A stretch of DNA of 64,000 nt. Origin: Candidatus Eiseniibacteriota bacterium. GTDB lineage: Bacteria; Eisenbacteria; RBG-16-71-46. How positions within the stretch are numbered: position 1 is the first letter of the stretch; each line of letters begins with the position of its first letter. The DNA lies in contig JACRPT010000004.1 of the NCBI GenBank assembly GCA_016223045.1, positions 2,899-66,898 of the forward strand, in the 5' to 3' direction. The notes beneath the pieces are model-generated. The model was not told the origin of the DNA and searched no databases. It saw nothing but the letters and a program-made list of their open reading frames with translations. The translations under genes and the position numbers were made by a program. This document shows positions 60,235 through 64,000 of the stretch, piece by piece.

Positions 60235-62013
60235 TCAGCGCTTGCGCACCAGCGTGTTGCCGAGCACCAGCAGGTCCATGTCGGACTTGCTGAACGTGTT
60301 GAAGGCGTTCGCCGGCGTGTTCACGATGGGCTCGCCCTTGAGGTTGAACGAGGTGTTGAGCACGACCGGCACGCCGGTGGCCTGCCCGAACCGTTCGATG
60401 AGGGAGTAGTAGAGCGGGCTCGCGTCGCGGAACACGGTCTGCAGGCGCCCCGAGCCGTCCACGTGCGTGATGGCGGGGAGCGTGTCGTGGTGTTCGGGCC
60501 GGACCGGCACCACCAGCAGCATGAAGCGCGCCGGGAAATGCCGCGCGGCGCCGGGAAGCTCGAAGTAGCGCTCCGCGGCATCGGCCAGGACCGAGGGCGC
60601 GAAGGGGCGGTAGGGCTCGCGGAACTTGATCTTGGTGTTGACGATGTCCTTCATGTCGGCGCGGCGCGCGTCGGCCAGGATGCTGCGGCTGCCGAGCGCG
60701 CGCGGGCCCCACTCGAAGCGGCCCTGGTGCCAGCCCACGACCTCGCCACGGACGAGGGACTCCACCACGCGGTCGAGCAGCGCGTCCTCGCTCCCGATCA
60801 CCTCGTGGGCGATGCCCTCGGCACGCAGCCAGTCCATGGTCTCGCCGGGTCCGTACGCCTTGCCCCAGTACGCGTGCTCCATCACGAATCGGCGCGGCTG
60901 GCCGAGCAGCTCGTGGCAGGCGTAGAGGGCGGCGCCCACCGCGCCGCCGCCGTCGCCGGCCGCCGGCTGGACGTAGAGCTCTTCGAACGGGGTCTCCCTC
61001 AGGATGCGGCCGTTCGCCACCGAGTTCAGCGCCACGCCGCCCGCCATGCACAGGCGCTTCCTGCCGGTCTTCCGGTGAAGCGCGCGGGCCATGTGCAGCA
61101 GCACCTCCTCGGTGACGCGCTGGATCGAGGCGGCGACGTCGGCGTAGTGCTGGTTGCGGCGGGCCAGCTCCTCGTAGTCCGGCGGCTTCGCGCCGAAGTA
61201 GGAGGGGTAGCCCGAGGCGGCGGTGAAGAAGTGCATGCCCGGCGGCCGCGGTGGGCCGAACAGCTCGACGAACCGGCGGTTGTAGGTGTGGCGGGCGGAG
61301 TGGTGGAAGCTGAAGTACTCCATGTTGAGCCGGAACGAGCCGTCCTCGCCCAGCCGGACGAGCTTCCACACCTCGTCCACGTAGCGCGGCTGCCCGTAGG
61401 GCGCCATGCCCATCACCTTGTACTCGCCCTCGTTCACCTCGAAGCCGAGGTAGGCGGTGAACGCGCTGTAGAGCAGGCCCAGGGAGTGCGGGAACCGGAT
61501 TTCCCCGCTCAGCGAGATGCGGTTGCCGATCCCCTCCCCGAAGGTGGCCGTGGCCCATTCGCCCACGCCGTCCACGGTGAGGATGGCCGCGTCCTCGAAC
61601 GGCGAGGGGTAGAAGGCGCTCGCCGCGTGCGAGGCGTGGTGGTCCACGGCGATCACGCGGTCCGCCGGCACCTCGACCCGGTCGGCGATGATGTTGCGCA
61701 CCCACAGCTTCTCGCCGAGCCAGGTGATCATGCTCTCGCGGAACACCTCGTAGCTGCGCGGGAAGGTCTGCAGGCAGGTGGTCAGGATGCGCTCGAACTT
61801 CAGGAACGGCTTCTCGTAGTAGACGACGTAGTCGAGGTCGCCGGCCTGCAGCCCGGCCTGCGCGAGGCAGAAGGCGATGGCCTGGTCCGGGAAGCCGTAG
61901 TCGTGCTTGATGCGGGTGAAGCGCTCCTCCTCCGCGGCCGCCACCAGCATGCCGTCGCGGACCAGCGCCGCGGCCGAGTCGTGGTAGAAACAGGAGATGC
62001 CGAGGATGTTCAC
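60235..62013 (-). CDS. Carbamoyltransferase (NodU/CmcH family)
   Basis: N-terminal MNILGISCFYHDSAAALVRDG (Kae1/YgjD-like ASKHA fold). C-terminal carbamoyltransferase domain. 592 aa. Confidence 0.8.
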   Translation of the reverse strand: MNILGISCFYHDSAAALVRDGMLVAAAEEERFTRIKHDYGFPDQAIAFCLAQAGLQAGDLDYVVYYEKPFLKFERILTTCLQTFPRSYEVFRESMITWLGEKLWVRNIIADRVEVPADRVIAVDHHASHAASAFYPSPFEDAAILTVDGVGEWATATFGEGIGNRISLSGEIRFPHSLGLLYSAFTAYLGFEVNEGEYKVMGMAPYGQPRYVDEVWKLVRLGEDGSFRLNMEYFSFHHSARHTYNRRFVELFGPPRPPGMHFFTAASGYPSYFGAKPPDYEELARRNQHYADVAASIQRVTEEVLLHMARALHRKTGRKRLCMAGGVALNSVANGRILRETPFEELYVQPAAGDGGGAVGAALYACHELLGQPRRFVMEHAYWGKAYGPGETMDWLRAEGIAHEVIGSEDALLDRVVESLVRGEVVGWHQGRFEWGPRALGSRSILADARRADMKDIVNTKIKFREPYRPFAPSVLADAAERYFELPGAARHFPARFMLLVVPVRPEHHDTLPAITHVDGSGRLQTVFRDASPLYYSLIERFGQATGVPVVLNTSFNLKGEPIVNTPANAFNTFSKSDMDLLVLGNTLVRKR

Positions 62014-62037
62014 GGGGCGGGGGAGGAGGGCGCCGGG

Positions 62038-62331
62038 CTAGAACCCGCGCCGCGCCTCATCGAGGCCAGGCGGCACGGGCGGCAGCGGCGACCAGCATGG
62101 CGGGTGGGGCCTGAGCGCCAGGGGATCGGAGGCACCCTTCGCTCCCAGGGAGAAGAGCGGGACCACCACGACGTACACGAAGCTCGTCACGATCCGGGAG
62201 AGCAGGTTGCCGAACGCGCGGGCGATGCGCTGCCAGCCGCGCCACAGGTGCTTGTAGAACGGCGCACCCGGAGGGAGCGGGGCCTCGCGCCGCGTGGAGC
62301 CCAGCTGGACGGCCGGCGAAGAGGTGGGCAT
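62038..62331 (-). CDS. Small protein with SxtJ-like similarity (weak)
   Basis: LWRGWQRIARAFGNLLSRIVTSFVYVVVVPLFSL resembles the conserved core of SxtJ-family small proteins that accompany carbamoyltransferases. The start codon abuts the upstream stop. Confidence 0.35.
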   Translation of the reverse strand: MPTSSPAVQLGSTRREAPLPPGAPFYKHLWRGWQRIARAFGNLLSRIVTSFVYVVVVPLFSLGAKGASDPLALRPHPPCWSPLPPVPPGLDEARRGF

Positions 62332-62334
62332 GGG

Positions 62335-62526
62335 CTAGAACAGGGTGTAGATGAAGCTGCTGACCGCCGAGGACTGCCCGAAGATCACGATCACGCCCAG
62401 CACCAGGATCACCAGCACCAGCGGCACCATCCACCAGATCTTGCGGCGCCAGAAGTACCCCAGCAGCCCGCTGGCGATGCCCAGGCGGGCGAACAGGTTG
62501 CGGAAGAATCGGCGGATCACCTTCAT
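62335..62526 (-). CDS. DUF5989-family small membrane protein
   Basis: 63 aa. RRKIWWMVPLVLVILVLGVIVIF.....SSFIYTLF matches the family consensus, including the C-terminal FIYTLF. Confidence 0.6.
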   Translation of the reverse strand: MKVIRRFFRNLFARLGIASGLLGYFWRRKIWWMVPLVLVILVLGVIVIFGQSSAVSSFIYTLF

Positions 62527-62574
62527 GGGACTCTCGGTGGGTCGGGGGTGCGGTGGGATTCAGACCCGGACATT

Positions 62575-63915
62575 CTAGAGGCCGCGGTCGGGCTTCGTCA
62601 AACCCGGGGCCGGCGCAGGCGTGCGGGAACGGGCCGCGTGGGCGCGCCGCGAAACGCCGTGACGGTGACGATCGCGGCGAGCCCGTCCGCGACGTCGCTC
62701 CCGGGATCCGCCTGCGGAGCGCCCGCCCGCGGGGAGCGTGCCGCCGGCGGGGGCGGCCAGCGCGCGCCGCACGTCTCGCGAGATCGCGCCGGCGATCCGC
62801 GCGTTGGCCTCCCGGGTCACGTGGCACCAGTCGAAGAACACCTCCGCCTCGTCATCGTCGAATTCCCCCTCGAGATCGCGGAAGTCGCCGCAGGCGCGCA
62901 GGGCGGCGGACTCCGCCACGGCGCGCCGGACCTGGCGGGCGAAGCGCACCATCAGCGGGTTCTCGGCGAGCGACCCGCGCTCGGTGGCCGACAGGGTCTG
63001 CTTCCCCACGACGTCGGGCTGCCAGTAGAAGAGCGGGTGGAATCCGCAGGTCCGGGCGAGCAGTTCCACGATCCCGACGTTCCACTCGTAGACCCGCACG
63101 ACCTCGCGAGCCACGCTGTCGAGCCTGGCCTCGGAGGTATCGGCGCCGAAGACCTGGCGCCAGCCGTCGGGGATGACATCCGGAGCGCTCGCCGGCCGGA
63201 CCCTGTGGCGGATCGCCCTGGCGAGGCGTCCCAGCGCCGAGTGCGTCGGATGGCCGAGCGCGGCCAGTCGCAGCCGGCCGGGATGGGTGAGCAGGTTGAA
63301 TTCGGCCGCGCGCGCGGCCTCGTTGAGCGGGATGCCGGGCGACCCTTCCGCAAGACCGGCCACGATGTCGTTCCAGCCGTCGTAGAAGATCACCACCCGC
63401 GGCACGCGGGCGGATCGCAGATCGAGCATCAGGTCCATCAGCGACTGCGTGCTGACCCAGCCGATCTGCGCGTGATTCTCGACGCGGGCCGTGGTCCTCC
63501 CGGCGGCAAGCTCGCGCGCCAGCCACGAGGGGATGGTCTCGTCGTCGCGCACGCACATGCCCCATACCGCCGAGCCGCCGGTCATCACTACGAGCGGCGC
63601 CCGGGGATCGAGGTCCGGCGGCCGCCACGTGCGGCGCCGTCCGTCCGCCTCGACCGTCACGAGCGCGCCGCGCGCGGGAGCGCCGCGCCAGTAGGTGTAG
63701 GGTTGCCAGCTCAGCCGGAGCGCGGCCATCACCCGGTTGCACGGCGTGGGCCCGGGCGGCTTGCGGTGGTGGATGGCCAGGGACGCCGCGTCGAGCGCCC
63801 CGTACCCGATCCGGCCGGCCGCCTCGACGAGGACCACCGCGAGCAGGCACGCCCCGACCAGCAGCCAGACGGCGCCGATCGCCTTCGCGATCCAGGTGAC
63901 GATCGAAGCGGGCAT
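62575..63915 (-). CDS. Membrane-anchored hypothetical protein, possibly an SGNH-like periplasmic domain (AlgJ/DltD-like?). The 3' portion is low-complexity and may be over-extended
   Basis: N-terminal transmembrane segment, the TGGSAVWG block, and 'wndi' spacing reminiscent of DltD/AlgX-type SGNH folds. The assignment is weak. Confidence 0.4.
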   Translation of the reverse strand: MPASIVTWIAKAIGAVWLLVGACLLAVVLVEAAGRIGYGALDAASLAIHHRKPPGPTPCNRVMAALRLSWQPYTYWRGAPARGALVTVEADGRRRTWRPPDLDPRAPLVVMTGGSAVWGMCVRDDETIPSWLARELAAGRTTARVENHAQIGWVSTQSLMDLMLDLRSARVPRVVIFYDGWNDIVAGLAEGSPGIPLNEAARAAEFNLLTHPGRLRLAALGHPTHSALGRLARAIRHRVRPASAPDVIPDGWRQVFGADTSEARLDSVAREVVRVYEWNVGIVELLARTCGFHPLFYWQPDVVGKQTLSATERGSLAENPLMVRFARQVRRAVAESAALRACGDFRDLEGEFDDDEAEVFFDWCHVTREANARIAGAISRDVRRALAAPAGGTLPAGGRSAGGSRERRRGRARRDRHRHGVSRRAHAARSRTPAPAPGLTKPDRGL

Positions 63916-63934
63916 CGCGGACCTCGGTCGCTCC

Positions 63935-64000
63935 CGCTCCCCTACGTCCGCTGCGTCTTCTTCGCGGCGGCGGGGGACAGCACGTTGTTGAGGATGAGCC
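63935..64000 (-). CDS. 3' end of a gene that runs off the window (…LILNNVLSPAAAKKTQRT*)
   Basis: An in-frame open reading to the window edge on the minus strand. Identity unknown. Confidence 0.25.

Overview
The window is a very high-GC (about 70%+) bacterial chromosomal segment. Because coding strands are so GC-rich, most long ORFs on the opposite strand of real genes are artefacts. Two large exported proteins carry a C-terminal domain of the T9SS/Por-secretion type. Together with the composition, this suggests a Gemmatimonadota-like organism; that is inference only.

Gene content from start to end:
- hflX and an M24 Xaa-Pro aminopeptidase, joined by a 2x68-bp tandem duplication of the hflX 5' end.
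- A roughly 1,100-aa secreted HExxH metalloprotease with duplicated CARDB-like modules and a T9SS-type C-terminal domain.
- Two small exported proteins, a rhomboid protease, trxA, Nnr, a TonB-C protein, a HAD hydrolase, a small zinc-ribbon protein, an SDR and an NRDE-family protein.
- A second large T9SS-CTD protein with acidic Ca-binding repeats, and a large lipoprotein.
- A roughly 10.6-kb block bracketed by two copies of a Correia-like palindromic MITE of about 185-205 bp. The block holds three exported proteins, a DinB-like protein, a DUF4143 AAA ATPase, and a translationally coupled operon of a DExH helicase with C-terminal DUF1998 (MrfA/YprA-like), a class I SAM methyltransferase and a DEDD exonuclease (MrfB/YprB-like).
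- A pilin-like gene, a cold-shock-domain protein with two N-terminal zinc ribbons, a DUF885 protein, an alpha/beta hydrolase and a GltP-type symporter.
- A fatty-acid beta-oxidation cluster: fadL, fadD, thiolase and fadB.
- The conserved tRNA(CAU)-tilS-hpt-ftsH array, in which ftsH is interrupted by two inteins. One is a mini-intein after the pore-1 loop. The other is a large LAGLIDADG intein before Walker B, with markedly lower GC than the host.
- A TM0106-family RecB-like nuclease that appears frameshifted, then cdaA, folP, a DinB paralog and an OmpA-family protein with thrombospondin-type-3 Ca repeats.
- A carbamoyltransferase followed by SxtJ-like and DUF5989 small proteins, flanked by SGNH-type hydrolases.

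I found no rRNA and no CRISPR array.
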